This document shows, one piece after another, positions 1 through 10,182 of a stretch of 64,000 nucleotides of DNA. The stretch spans positions 400 to 64,399 of the forward strand of contig DAHXMN010000001.1 in assembly GCA_027371725.1 (NCBI GenBank). Reading direction: 5' to 3'. Under the pieces are notes generated by a model, which saw only the letters and a list, made by a program, of their open reading frames with translations, did no database searches and had not been told where the DNA came from. This DNA is from Candidatus Woesearchaeota archaeon (lineage in GTDB: Archaea; Nanobdellota; Nanobdellia; Woesearchaeales; UBA525). Within the stretch, counting starts at the first letter, position 1. Each line of letters opens with the position of its first letter. The position numbers were made by a program, and so were the translations under genes.

Positions 1-595
1 CCTTCAATTGATCAAGACGGTCATTCATTTCAATATCACTACTGAGACCGGTCTCGATCGCGTAGATGTGCATCTTCTCCTCGTGGAAGCACTCCTCGAT
101 CGAGTCGAAGCCGCTGTTCGAGCCGAACAGCGAGAACCACGGCGTCCATGCATGGGCGGGGATGATCTCGATGTCGCCGCTGATCGCTTTCAAGTCCTTG
201 ACGAACTTCCACGCGGGGATCTTGAAGATAGGCCGTCCGTCGTAGTCTATCCGCCCGTAGCCCGATAAATACGTCGTGATCCTGTCCACGACGTCGAAGC
301 CCGGCGCGAGGACGACGAGGTGGATCCGCCTGCCTCGCCCTTCCGTGTAGATGAGCGAGATCTCCGTCTGGAGGACGAACGGCTGACCGGTCTTCGTGTA
401 GTGGATGCCGTCCTTCTCTCTCACGAGTTCCGCTTTGAGCTCCTTGATCCATTCCGGATGCGTGAAGTCGCCCGTGCCGAGGACGTCGATGCCCTTGATC
501 CGCGCCCACTTCTCCAGGTTCTGGATGGTGATGTCCTTGCTGCACGCCTGCGCGAAGCGCGAGTGGACGTGGAGGTCGCAGAGGAAGCGGGCCAT
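1..595 (-). CDS. Endonuclease Q / TIGR00375-like PHP-domain protein (runs off the window edge; 3' end missing)
   Basis: Manual translation from ATG at 595: MARFLCDLHVHSRFAQACSKDITIQNLEKWARIKGIDVLGTGDFTHPEW. The DLHxHS and GTGDFTHP motifs are typical of EndoQ. Absent from the ORF track because there is no stop codon in the window. Confidence 0.85.
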   Translation of the reverse strand, partial: MARFLCDLHVHSRFAQACSKDITIQNLEKWARIKGIDVLGTGDFTHPEWIKELKAELVREKDGIHYTKTGQPFVLQTEISLIYTEGRGRRIHLVVLAPGFDVVDRITTYLSGYGRIDYDGRPIFKIPAWKFVKDLKAISGDIEIIPAHAWTPWFSLFGSNSGFDSIEECFHEEKMHIYAIETGLSSDIEMNDRLDQLK

Positions 596-682
596 CCTGG
601 GAGACCCCTTCTCCGGTTTATTTAGTTTTAGTTATTTTACCATATCTTTTATAAATCGTTTTAGTTCTTCACGTCTATCCAC

Positions 683-783
683 AGCCCCGTGGTGTAGCGG
701 TCAATCATTCCAGCCTTTGGCGGCGGCGACCTTCCTCGCCCCGAAGAAAGCTGGGGACCTCGGTTCGAATCCGAGCGGGGCTA
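683..783 (+). tRNA. tRNA-Gln(TTG) with a 28-nt canonical 37/38 intron (721-748)
   Basis: Acceptor stem AGCCCCG/CGGGGCT; anticodon stem CCAGC/GCTGG; TTG at 717-719; T-loop GTTCGAATC. The BHB helix CTTT(715-718)/GAAG(743-746) has two 3-nt bulges. TATA TTTATAAA at 648-655. Confidence 0.95.
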
Positions 784-785
784 TA

Positions 786-1662
786 ATGGAGATTTATCCT
801 TCAATTAATGAATGGACTGCTGAAGTAGTTACTCATTTAGTGAACGCTCGAACAGAAGAAAATCAGTATTTGGAATATAAACGTGTACTTGACTCGCAGA
901 ATTCAAAGACTTTTCGTCGGAACATAGAACAAACTTTGTGTTCATTTGCGAATGCAAAGGGAGGGTTTGTTCTCTTTGGCATTGACGATAAAGATCGGTC
1001 TGTTTCGGGAATTACTATAAAACCGGAGGACGAAATGGAGTTATATATTGGTCAAATAGTAGCTAATGTCATCCCAACTATTGTTTTTCAGACTAAGACA
1101 ATCAATATTGATAACAAGCAGGTCTTAGTAGTTCATGTTGAAGAAAGTGTTGACCAACCCGTACAATGGCTCTGATGGTACATTCTATATTCGTGTGGGG
1201 AGTCAATCCGCACCCATTAGCAGAGATTTCTTAAGAGATATGTTTCTTACGCGAGATTTCAAACGACAGAAATATTTGCGACTTGTTTATGAACGAGAAT
1301 ATATCTACGATTTAATAAAGTCTGACGATCAGATTTACAATTCTCTTCCTCAGTATCACGCTCTGCGAATCGAGGAGTTACAGAAAGCAGTCATGGAGTA
1401 TGTTGGTTATTTCAAACCGGGTGCTCAAGATCACATCAAGAATATCAATAAACATCTTAGGGATCTAAAGCGACAGAAACAGTTATTTCAGTTGTCAATA
1501 GATATTATACTAAAAGAACATTACGGACAAAACTGGACGAGTTTTGATTCATTCATTCAACACGCTTGTTCAAAAGCGAACTTCTTTAATTACAACTCAC
1601 TTATTTTCTCGACGTTAAATAATTTGAAGTCTGAGCTTGATGAACTCTGGAAGTATATTTAG
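786..1662 (+). pseudogene. Schlafen/AlbA_2-domain protein with a frameshift near 1168
   Basis: EENQYLEYK, FANAKGG and GIDD motifs in 786-1175. The AlbA C-terminal DGTFYIRVGSQS lies in the next frame, and removing one G at caatggctct restores VQCSDGTFYIR. Low GC. Confidence 0.75.
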
Positions 1663-1884
1663 TTCAAATCAAAAGTAAGATCAGCAATATTCTTTACAAA
1701 GTCAGAGAACTTCATACTCGCTGTTTCTAATAGAATAGTACTCTCTCTCATTATTGTTGTGTCATGAATTCCTTCCGATAAACACCGTCATATATATGAG
1801 GTCTTAATTCTTGAGAATTTTTCCGTCACCTTTTTAATCTCTCGTGCCGAGGGGGCCGTATCGTTCGTTCCGGAGGGGATCGTG

Positions 1885-2172
1885 ATGGAGCGGAAGGCTG
1901 CGGGTTCGAAGAAGGGTTTCAAGAAGGAGTTCAAGGACGAGTGGAAGAAGGACTGGAGGCAGGAGATGAGGGACGTGAAGGAGATGAAGAGGATGAACGT
2001 CTGCGCGCCGCATCACGCGTGCGGAGCCGGGGGCGCGCTCTATTTCGTCGGGTTCATCGGCGCGGCCGTCTACTACGTCCAGCAGGCCACCGGGTTCTGG
2101 TACGGCGTCCTCGGGATATTGAAGGCGCTCGTCTGGCCGGCGTTCCTCGTCTACAAGCTCCTCGGCCTCTGA
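1885..2172 (+). CDS. Small membrane protein, conserved hypothetical
   Basis: Charged N-terminus, then two hydrophobic helices (GALYFVGFIGAAVYY; GILKALVWPAFLVY). Host-like codon usage. Confidence 0.75.
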   Translation: MERKAAGSKKGFKKEFKDEWKKDWRQEMRDVKEMKRMNVCAPHHACGAGGALYFVGFIGAAVYYVQQATGFWYGVLGILKALVWPAFLVYKLLGL

Positions 2173-2214
2173 GGGGCCGATACCTTTTTGAACGGGGGCG
2201 AGTGAGCGGCAGCC

Positions 2215-2772
2215 ATGTTCGCGCAGCTCTTCGTCGCGTGCTGGGTCGCCCTGGGGATCGTCTGGCTCGTCGCCCGGCTCTCCCAGAAACGGACCGCGGA
2301 GCGGCAGGACTTCTGGGGCTCGGTCTCCTGGCTCCCCCTCTACCTCCTCGGCTTCGTCCTCCTCTGGCTCGGCATACGCGGCCCCCTCGACGCGAGGATC
2401 CTGCCCGCGACGACGGCCATACAGGCCACGGGCCTCCTCCTCACCATAACCGGCCTCGTCCTCGCGACTTGGGCGCGGATCATCCTCGGCCGGAACTGGA
2501 GCGCCACCGTCGCCCTGAAAGAGGGCCACGAGCTCATCCAGGAAGGGCCGTACGCCCTCGTCCGCCACCCCATCTACACCGCGCTCATCCTCATGTACCT
2601 CGGCACTGCGCTCGCCCTCGGCACCGGCCCTGCTCTTCTTGGCTTCCTCCCCTTCGCGGTCAGCTTCTGGATCAAGCTCAAGGCGGAGGAACGCCTCATG
2701 CTGAAAGCCTTCGGCAAGCGGTACGAGGCCTACAAGCAAGCGGTCAAGGCCCTCGTCCCGGGCCTCTTCTAG
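2215..2772 (+). CDS. Isoprenylcysteine carboxyl methyltransferase (ICMT/Ste14) family
   Basis: LGRNWS, GPYALVRHPIY and EE.L...FG..Y..Y motifs; multiple TM helices. Confidence 0.9.
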   Translation: MFAQLFVACWVALGIVWLVARLSQKRTAERQDFWGSVSWLPLYLLGFVLLWLGIRGPLDARILPATTAIQATGLLLTITGLVLATWARIILGRNWSATVALKEGHELIQEGPYALVRHPIYTALILMYLGTALALGTGPALLGFLPFAVSFWIKLKAEERLMLKAFGKRYEAYKQAVKALVPGLF

Positions 2773-2809
2773 CGATGCATTTTTAAACGCCGTCCGGGAG
2801 AGAGAAACC

Positions 2810-3244
2810 ATGGCCTCGTATTCCTGGCTCGTCTTTGCCCTCCTCTCCGCCTTCTTCGCGGCTCTCGTCGCGATCTTCGGCAAGATCGGGCTGCAGGGCG
2901 TCGACACGAACCTCGCCACCGCGATTCGCGCTGTCATCATGGCTGCGTTCCTGGTCGGCGTCGTCGCGCTCCAGGGCCGTCTCGAGAACCTCGGCACCGT
3001 CTTCGCGAACCATAAGGCGTTGTTCTTCATCGTCCTGAGCGGCGTCGCGGGCGCGGTCTCGTGGCTCTGCTACTTCCTCGCCCTTCGGATGGGCGACGTC
3101 TCGAAAGTGGCGCCCATCGACCGGCTGAGCGTCGTCTTCGCGATCGTCTTCGCCCTGGTCTTCCTCGGCGAGAAGCTGAGCTGGAAGGCGGGCATCGGCG
3201 CCGCCCTGATGGCCGCGGGCGCGGTCATTCTCGCGATGGGCTAG
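2810..3244 (+). CDS. EamA/DMT family small transporter
   Basis: LSAFFAALVAIFGKIGL, VSKVAPIDRLSVV and FLGE motifs. Confidence 0.9.
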   Translation: MASYSWLVFALLSAFFAALVAIFGKIGLQGVDTNLATAIRAVIMAAFLVGVVALQGRLENLGTVFANHKALFFIVLSGVAGAVSWLCYFLALRMGDVSKVAPIDRLSVVFAIVFALVFLGEKLSWKAGIGAALMAAGAVILAMG

Positions 3245-3248
3245 CAGT

Positions 3249-3917
3249 TTACCTTTTCTCCCCTATTGCTTCAAGCTCTTCTCGGAAGAGATCTCTCTGT
3301 TCAAAGAAGCCGACGTCTCTCAGCTGAAGGCCGCTTCGCCCGAAAGGATGCTCTAGAATCTTAAACATTTCACTTATGGCTTTCTTTGTTAGTGGTATCT
3401 TGTAGTGATGCGCTAAGACCAGAATGAGAATGATCTGCGTGTCTTCTGTGACGTAATGCGTCGTGCCGCGGGGGTTCGAATGTATGAAGTTATTCCGTTG
3501 GAGGAAAAAATGATCGAGGATGTCGCTTAACCGTTCGTATTGTTCTTCTGAGTATTCTTCTTTGACGTCGGAGAGGACTCTCTTCTTGAGAAATGAGAAT
3601 GCTATCTTACGCTTGTTCTTCTGATATTCGGTCCAGAATCCAATCCAATCCTTCTGCATAAGACAGAGCGCGAGAAGCTTCTCCACCCCTATGCAGAGAA
3701 TCGCGATGTTGGTATTCATCTCGGGAAACGAGATATTCCTCTCAATTGGCTGCAAGGCCTTAATGATGTGTGTCGAGACGATATCGGCGTGGATCTTCAG
3801 GAATGATTCTCGTTGGATGTCCTTGAACCTTATGATATCGTCTACATCTCGCTCATAGAAGTCCGATATTTCTTTGTTGATTTCCTTGAGAGAGAGGAAC
3901 GGGGAGTCTTCATTCAT
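3249..3917 (-). CDS. Low-GC protein with a HEPN-like Rx4H motif
   Basis: Helical protein with IGVEKLL and LQRNNFIHS; AT-rich relative to its flanks. Confidence 0.6.
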   Translation of the reverse strand: MNEDSPFLSLKEINKEISDFYERDVDDIIRFKDIQRESFLKIHADIVSTHIIKALQPIERNISFPEMNTNIAILCIGVEKLLALCLMQKDWIGFWTEYQKNKRKIAFSFLKKRVLSDVKEEYSEEQYERLSDILDHFFLQRNNFIHSNPRGTTHYVTEDTQIILILVLAHHYKIPLTKKAISEMFKILEHPFGRSGLQLRDVGFFEQRDLFREELEAIGEKR

Positions 3918-3932
3918 CGGACGTCATTCTCT

Positions 3933-4307
3933 CTAGCCGTGCATCCTGACGAGGTGGCACGCGTCGACGCGCTTGCAGTACCGCGCGGCGTCCGCACCAT
4001 CCGCCTCGACGTGCAGCAGGACCGTCCCGTTCTCGACGCTGACGACGAAGGTGTGGCGCTCGCTCCCGTTCGCGGCCGTGACGATGAGGGCGTTGTCGCG
4101 GATGCCGCCGCGCGTCGAGAAGGTGTAGTTCCCGTCGGGGAGCGCGGCCTGCGCGGCGCCCAGCGCACTATCGGCCTGCGCCTGCGTCGGCTTCTGCCAG
4201 TCCCGGTACACGTCCCGGACGATGCCTGCGATGACGATGATGATGAAGAGCGCCACGATGGCGATCGAGACGATCCTGAGGGTCCTTCTCTTCTTGTCCG
4301 CCTTCAT
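3933..4307 (-). CDS. Membrane-anchored hypothetical protein
   Basis: N-terminal basic residues plus a TM helix; its ATG overlaps the upstream stop (ATGA). Confidence 0.7.
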   Translation of the reverse strand: MKADKKRRTLRIVSIAIVALFIIIVIAGIVRDVYRDWQKPTQAQADSALGAAQAALPDGNYTFSTRGGIRDNALIVTAANGSERHTFVVSVENGTVLLHVEADGADAARYCKRVDACHLVRMHG

Positions 4308-4927
4308 GCTTTCGCCTCCGTTGTCCCGCCGAAGAGCAGCGTACCGATGACGAATGTGCCGTACGTGATGAAGTACGCGCTCGCCACGTCGATGGAGTAA
4401 TGGACATGCATCAGCAATACCGTGGCCGCCAGGATGATCGACGAGGCGAGCATGAACCGCTTCATCCACGGATGCGTGAAGACGAGGTAGCCGAGGAACG
4501 GCAGCCCCGTGTGCCCGGAGAAGAAGAGGTCGTTCGAGTAGGAGAGGACGCTCAGGAAGCCGGGCGTGGCGACGTTGATCGCGCCGATCGGCGCCCGGAG
4601 ATGCGTCAGCACGACGAACCCGGAACGCACCAGGAGGAAGAGGCCGAGCATGCCCAGCGCGTAGTGGAACCGCTTCGGCTCGAACACGAGCGGATACAGC
4701 AAGTACACGACGAAGACGAGGACGGCGCCCCAGATGAAGAGGAAACTGAGGTTCACCACGGGCAGCGCGTCAAGCAACAAGTCCGGCACCGGCGCCGTCC
4801 GCGTCTCGTCCACGTAGTTGCTCGATACGACGGTCGAGACGATGGCGAGGGCGAAGAAGAAGAGCGCGAGGAGGATCTCTCCTTTGTGGTGCAGGATGTC
4901 GTCCTTCCACTCCCGGAACGCGGTCAT
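4304..4927 (-). CDS. PAP2/sphingomyelin-synthase-related membrane phosphoesterase
   Basis: DLFFSGHT and HYSIDV motifs; about 6 TM helices. Confidence 0.85.
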   Translation of the reverse strand: MTAFREWKDDILHHKGEILLALFFFALAIVSTVVSSNYVDETRTAPVPDLLLDALPVVNLSFLFIWGAVLVFVVYLLYPLVFEPKRFHYALGMLGLFLLVRSGFVVLTHLRAPIGAINVATPGFLSVLSYSNDLFFSGHTGLPFLGYLVFTHPWMKRFMLASSIILAATVLLMHVHYSIDVASAYFITYGTFVIGTLLFGGTTEAKA

Positions 4928-5061
4928 GCCGGGAGTCCCCCGTCAGGAGTTATAAATCTATTGCCTGTGGACGGCGGGCGCATATCTTCTTTTCATCCCG
5001 CTTATAATTTTCCGGTCTTTGAGCACAATCATTTTATAGGGCCTCTTCCCCTACAGCCTCA

Positions 5062-5679
5062 ATGGTCCCGCGGAAGAACCTCTACCCGTACGCGGCCTTC
5101 CTCCTCCTCTATGCCGCGCTCTTCGCGTATAATCTCTCCGACGGGTCGAAGGGGGCGTGGGACAACGTCGCCTCGCTCTTCATCGTCACGGCCATCTTCC
5201 TCCTGAGCGGCTGGGCGGACCTCGGCCCCGGCCTCTTCCTCCTCGCCAACCTGCCCCTGCTGGCGCACAACCTCGGCACCGTCGGCACCGCCGTCCTCTA
5301 CGGGACGCACCTCGGCCCGCTGCCCTACGACAAGTTCATCCATCTCTTCTCCACGATCGTCTTCGCCGCGCTCCTCTTCCGCACGCTTCTCCGGCACAGG
5401 ATGCTCCGCAGCGTCGCGGCGGCCGCCTTCTTCGCCTTCACCGTCGTCTCCTTCTTCGGCGTGATGACCGAGATTGTCGAATACGAGGGCTATCTCCACC
5501 TCCCGTCGAGCTCCGGCTTCTTCAACAGCCAGCAGGGGCCCGCCCCCGAGACGGGGACGCTCCTCTACGCCGACACGGTCACTGACCTCATCGCGAACGA
5601 GGCCGGTGCGCTCGCCGGCGTCCTCCTCTTCCTGCCTGCGCTCGGCCGCAGTACGCGAGGCAGGGCCAAGCCCTCCTGA
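5062..5679 (+). CDS. Membrane protein, DUF2238/VanZ-like
   Basis: YDKFIH, EIVEY and DTVTDLIAN motifs. Confidence 0.65.
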   Translation: MVPRKNLYPYAAFLLLYAALFAYNLSDGSKGAWDNVASLFIVTAIFLLSGWADLGPGLFLLANLPLLAHNLGTVGTAVLYGTHLGPLPYDKFIHLFSTIVFAALLFRTLLRHRMLRSVAAAAFFAFTVVSFFGVMTEIVEYEGYLHLPSSSGFFNSQQGPAPETGTLLYADTVTDLIANEAGALAGVLLFLPALGRSTRGRAKPS

Positions 5680-5896
5680 CGGCCGTTCTCCCCCGGAGCG
5701 CTCCCGCGCATTCCTCCGGCTCTTCGGCGGTTGGGCTGCGCCCTCGGGACGGTCCTTCGGCGGAACGAGCAATCCCCCCGACCCGGCCGCACAGCGACTC
5801 TCGCTGCGGGGACTGACGGGGCGCGGTACGGAAGCGATTCGCCGAAGGGCCCATCTCTCCTCAAACTTTAAATAGCCTCCCTGAGTCTTGATGTCC

Positions 5897-6858
<962 letters not shown>

Positions 6859-6862
<4 letters not shown>

Positions 6863-7614
6863 GCGCGCGCAAGATAGCCAAAGGGATATACGCGCTCTGG
6901 TACCGCGAGTTCAAGGTCTTCCTCCGAGAGCGGAGCAGGATCATCTCCTCGATCTTCCTGCCGCTCCTCTGGTTCGTCATCTTCGGCGAAGGGATCGGCA
7001 CGATCGCGAACGTCGGCGCTGACTACAACGCCTTCATCTTCCCCGGCTTCCTCGCCATGACGATCATCTTCAGCTCGCTCTTCAACGGCGCCTACCTCGT
7101 CTGGGACCGGAAGATCGACTTCCTCAAAGAAGTGCTCGTCGCGCCCCTCTCACGGACGACGACGTTCGTCGGCAAGGCGCTCGGCGGCGTCACGGATGCG
7201 ATGCTCCAGGCGTGTATCCTCCTCGTCGTCGGCATCGCGATCGGGATGCCCTTCACGTTCTTCAACGTGCCGCTCGTCCTGGTGATGCTGATAGCGTTGG
7301 CGATCGGCTTGGTGAGCCTCGGCCTCATCATCGGCTCATTCATGGAGAGCCCGGAAGGGTTCGGCCTCGTCTCGAGCTTCGCCGTCTACCCGCTCTTCCT
7401 GCTTTCCGGCGCGCTCTACCCCCTCGATAAGCTGCCGGCCTGGATGAAGGTCGTGACGCACCTGGATCCGGCGACGTACGCGGTGGACGGTCTGCGGAGC
7501 GTGACGATCCACGCCTCCTCGCTCCCTTTCGTCACGGATTTAGTCATCGTGCTGGCGTTCGACGTCGTGCTGATAGCGGTCGGGACGTGGGCATTCAATC
7601 GGATGAAGCTCTAG
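6859..7614 (+). CDS. ABC-2 type permease (DrrB-like)
   Basis: Six TM helices, KEVLVAP and P.TYAVDGLR motifs; translationally coupled to the ATPase. Confidence 0.92.
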
Positions 7615-7841
7615 AGCGCATCGAGGAACGCGACGATGTCCCCTGACTCGCCGATCCAACGGTCGCCGGCTTTCAGCACCGGCACCGTCCACACGCCCGC
7701 CTTCTCGTGTAGGAGGTTCCACATCAAGTCGTCGTCGCGCGGCACCTCGACCTTAGAGTACTTCAGGCGCTTCTCCGCGAGCTTCGCCCGCACCTTGGCG
7801 CAGAATGGGCACCCTTCGAATTGGTACAGCGTCAGTTCCAT
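7611..7841 (-). CDS. Glutaredoxin-like protein
   Basis: CPFC active site, TVPVL and ESGDI motifs. Confidence 0.9.
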   Translation of the reverse strand: MELTLYQFEGCPFCAKVRAKLAEKRLKYSKVEVPRDDDLMWNLLHEKAGVWTVPVLKAGDRWIGESGDIVAFLDAL

Positions 7842-7979
7842 CCGCGGACGGACGCTCGCGACGATTATAAACGTTGCCTTTGAGGGTCGAGAACAGACGT
7901 CCCTTCTTCCGCAGTGACCCTGTCGACTGTGATCGGCCGAGGAGAGGTTTTATAAAACTCGCCGGGTCCACGCACCGTC

Positions 7980-8624
7980 ATGTCGTTCGTCTCTGCCGCC
8001 TTCGCCTGGCTCGGCTCGTTCGCGGTGAACATCATCGCCGCGCTCGGCTACACCGGCGTCTTCCTTCTTATGCTCCTCGAGAGCACGGCGGTTCCAATCC
8101 CTGCGGAGGTCGTCATGCCTTTCGCCGGCTTCCTCGCCGTGTCAGGACGGTTCAACCTCTGGATCGTCATCCTCGTCGCCGGCCTCGGCAGCGTCGCGGG
8201 AACGCTCCTTTCCTACGCGCTCGGCCGCTACGGCGGCGAGCCGCTCCTCCACCGCTACGGACGATACCTCCTCCTCGAGACAGAGGACCTCCGCCGCACC
8301 GAACGATGGTTCGCGCGCCGAGGCGACACCACCGTCTTCTTCGCCCGCTTCATCCCTGTGGTGCGTCATCTCATCGGTATCCCTGCAGGAATCGGGAAGA
8401 TGCGTCTCCGGACGCTCTGCATCTACACCTTTCTCGGCGCGAGCATCTGGAACGGCTTCCTCGCAGGGCTCGGCTACTTCCTCGGCCAACACTGGGGCGA
8501 GGTGCGGCAGTACAGCGAGCCGTTCTCGTACGCGGTCGCAGCGCTCCTCGTCATCGGTCTCATATGGTCGCTCGGGCACCACCTCCGGCGACGGCTCGCC
8601 GCGCGCCACCGACGAAACCTTTAA
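7980..8624 (+). CDS. DedA family membrane protein
   Basis: LES..VPIPAEVVMPFAG and RFIPVVR motifs. Confidence 0.92.
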   Translation: MSFVSAAFAWLGSFAVNIIAALGYTGVFLLMLLESTAVPIPAEVVMPFAGFLAVSGRFNLWIVILVAGLGSVAGTLLSYALGRYGGEPLLHRYGRYLLLETEDLRRTERWFARRGDTTVFFARFIPVVRHLIGIPAGIGKMRLRTLCIYTFLGASIWNGFLAGLGYFLGQHWGEVRQYSEPFSYAVAALLVIGLIWSLGHHLRRRLAARHRRNL

Positions 8625-8654
8625 AAAAGCCCTCCGGTCCCTCCACCGCTCCGC

Positions 8655-8727
8655 AGCCCCGTAGTGTAGCGGCCAATCATTCAGCCCTCTGGAGGCTGAG
8701 ACCTCGGTTCGAATCCGGGCGGGGCTA
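8655..8727 (+). tRNA. tRNA-Gln(CTG), integration target
   Basis: Cloverleaf with AGCCCCG/CGGGGCT acceptor stem and CAGCC-CTCTGGA-GGCTG anticodon arm; TATA at 8620-8627. Confidence 0.96.
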
Positions 8728-8731
8728 TTAT
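8715..8731 (+). repeat. attL core (tRNA 3' end)
   Basis: CCGGGCGGGGCTATTAT, identical to 30614-30630. Confidence 0.92.
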
Positions 8732-8904
8732 TGTTTTTTCCATCTAGAGGACTCAACCGCGCCAGTATCGTATATTCCAGTATATACTTCCTCTCTGTTC
8801 TTCAGAGCTGCGAGGCGTTTCTCGAGAAGTTCGAGGACTTGGGCGATTGTCTCGCAGCGATATTCGCGCAGCAACCGTTCTTTCTCTTGTTCGAGGAGAT
8901 CCAT
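8728..8904 (-). CDS. 58-aa att-adjacent protein (candidate recombination directionality factor)
   Basis: MDLLEQEKERLLREYRCETIAQVLELLEKRL...; a homolog (MDLLEQEKERLLRKYGCQTIQEV) starts at 30759 in the same position in element 2. Confidence 0.7.
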   Translation of the reverse strand: MDLLEQEKERLLREYRCETIAQVLELLEKRLAALKNREEVYTGIYDTGAVESSRWKKQ

Positions 8905-8909
8905 GCCTC

Positions 8910-10178
8910 TTACGGGGCTTCATTGATAATTGTGACTGCCTCGGAGGATGTATGACGTTTTAGTTCTCTCTCGACGCGAAGGGTTTGGAGGATCGCTTGG
9001 ACTTCTTTGAGTGCCTCGTCTTGATTCTTGACTTGTTCTTGAAGTAAGACGATGTCGTTGGTTTTCTCTTGTAGTTGGCGCTCGAGCTCAGTCTTGGTCA
9101 CATCGACGTAGAGGTCGTCCTCTTGGATGGTGTCTTTCATGCCGAGGAGCTCTGTGTAGTAGTGGATCATGTCGGATTTCTTCCAACCGAAGCGGTACTT
9201 CAGAGCCGACTCGCTTTTGTAACGTGGCAGCCAGTAGCAAGCGCTCGCGTGGCGGAAGTCATACATGGTTAGTCCGTCGGCAATGATGTAGTATTTTCCG
9301 TTCTTCATCTGGGTTGTGCCTTTGAACTGACCGATTTTCAGAATTTTGAACCCCATGTTCTTGAGATATTTGTTGACGTTCGCGGGCGTCTTGGTGAACA
9401 AAGGAGTCTCAGGCCTGAGGCGTCTGTTGACGATGAACTCGCGGAGAAACCCACTGCAGAGCAGGAGTTTGATGCGTCGCCCGAAGGTCTTGCTCACTTC
9501 CTCCCGGATGGTAAGCGTATAGTGGCCGTCCTTCTCATTCCATTCGAGGTCGCTAACCCGGATGTTCATCATCTCCGTCGGGGCGCGGATACCGCTATCG
9601 AACAAGAAGAGCATCATAGTGCGATAGTAGAAGTTCGCTTCAGCACAGAGCTTGTTCAGATCGTCGATGGTAAAGTAGTTGAACTTTGGTTTGTCATCCC
9701 GACCATCCAGGTCCACTGTGACGTCGATTACAGCGACTCCTTTCTTGCGCTGTGTGCGCTCATACCAGTGCCAGAACGCCTTGAACGCCTTGACATACGT
9801 TCCCGCCGCCTTGATGGGAATGTGGCCCTTCGAACGCCCTCTAATCTCGCCTTCTCGCATCCGCTTGAGAAGGACCATGAGATCGCGCTCTCGGTCTGCC
9901 ATCTCGGGGATGTATGTAACGCCTAGCTGATCCTGGAGAATGATTGCCCAACTGTGTAGCTTGGTCTTGACGTTCCGGAGTCGGATGTAGGATCGTGGTC
10001 CTTTCGCGCTCTCGGGGCTGACATTTGCGCCGACTTCCATATCATCGAGATACTGGCGAAGCAGAGCAGCATTCTCTTCGGTGAGTTGTTCGAAGGGGCC
10101 GCCAAGCTCATAGCGCCAGTGGCGATAGGCTCGTTCGCTGTTGTGCGGGTCAATCTTTACCAAGGGCTTTACCTTCAT
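8910..10178 (-). CDS. int: Tyrosine recombinase/integrase (alternative GTG start at 10253)
   Basis: DSGIRAPTE (R), SKT (K), YDFRH, RFGW, HYY catalytic Tyr; C-terminal coiled coil. The gene is not split by att. Confidence 0.93.
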   Translation of the reverse strand: MKVKPLVKIDPHNSERAYRHWRYELGGPFEQLTEENAALLRQYLDDMEVGANVSPESAKGPRSYIRLRNVKTKLHSWAIILQDQLGVTYIPEMADRERDLMVLLKRMREGEIRGRSKGHIPIKAAGTYVKAFKAFWHWYERTQRKKGVAVIDVTVDLDGRDDKPKFNYFTIDDLNKLCAEANFYYRTMMLFLFDSGIRAPTEMMNIRVSDLEWNEKDGHYTLTIREEVSKTFGRRIKLLLCSGFLREFIVNRRLRPETPLFTKTPANVNKYLKNMGFKILKIGQFKGTTQMKNGKYYIIADGLTMYDFRHASACYWLPRYKSESALKYRFGWKKSDMIHYYTELLGMKDTIQEDDLYVDVTKTELERQLQEKTNDIVLLQEQVKNQDEALKEVQAILQTLRVERELKRHTSSEAVTIINEAP

Positions 10179-10182
10179 CTTA

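Noticed and set aside
405..785. 5' extension of the 405..1175 ORF
   Set aside because: It runs antisense to the EndoQ gene and through the tRNA; the real start is the ATG at 786.
1834..3030. Long antisense ORFs (also 5059-6462, 13684-14916, 30608-32554, 36669-38561, 42487-43926, 44926-46395)
   Set aside because: Shadow or alternate frames of well-supported GC-rich genes; no motifs.
5680..5853. RNase P RNA
   Set aside because: No GAGGAAAGTCC-like CR-I or clear CR-V sequence on either strand.
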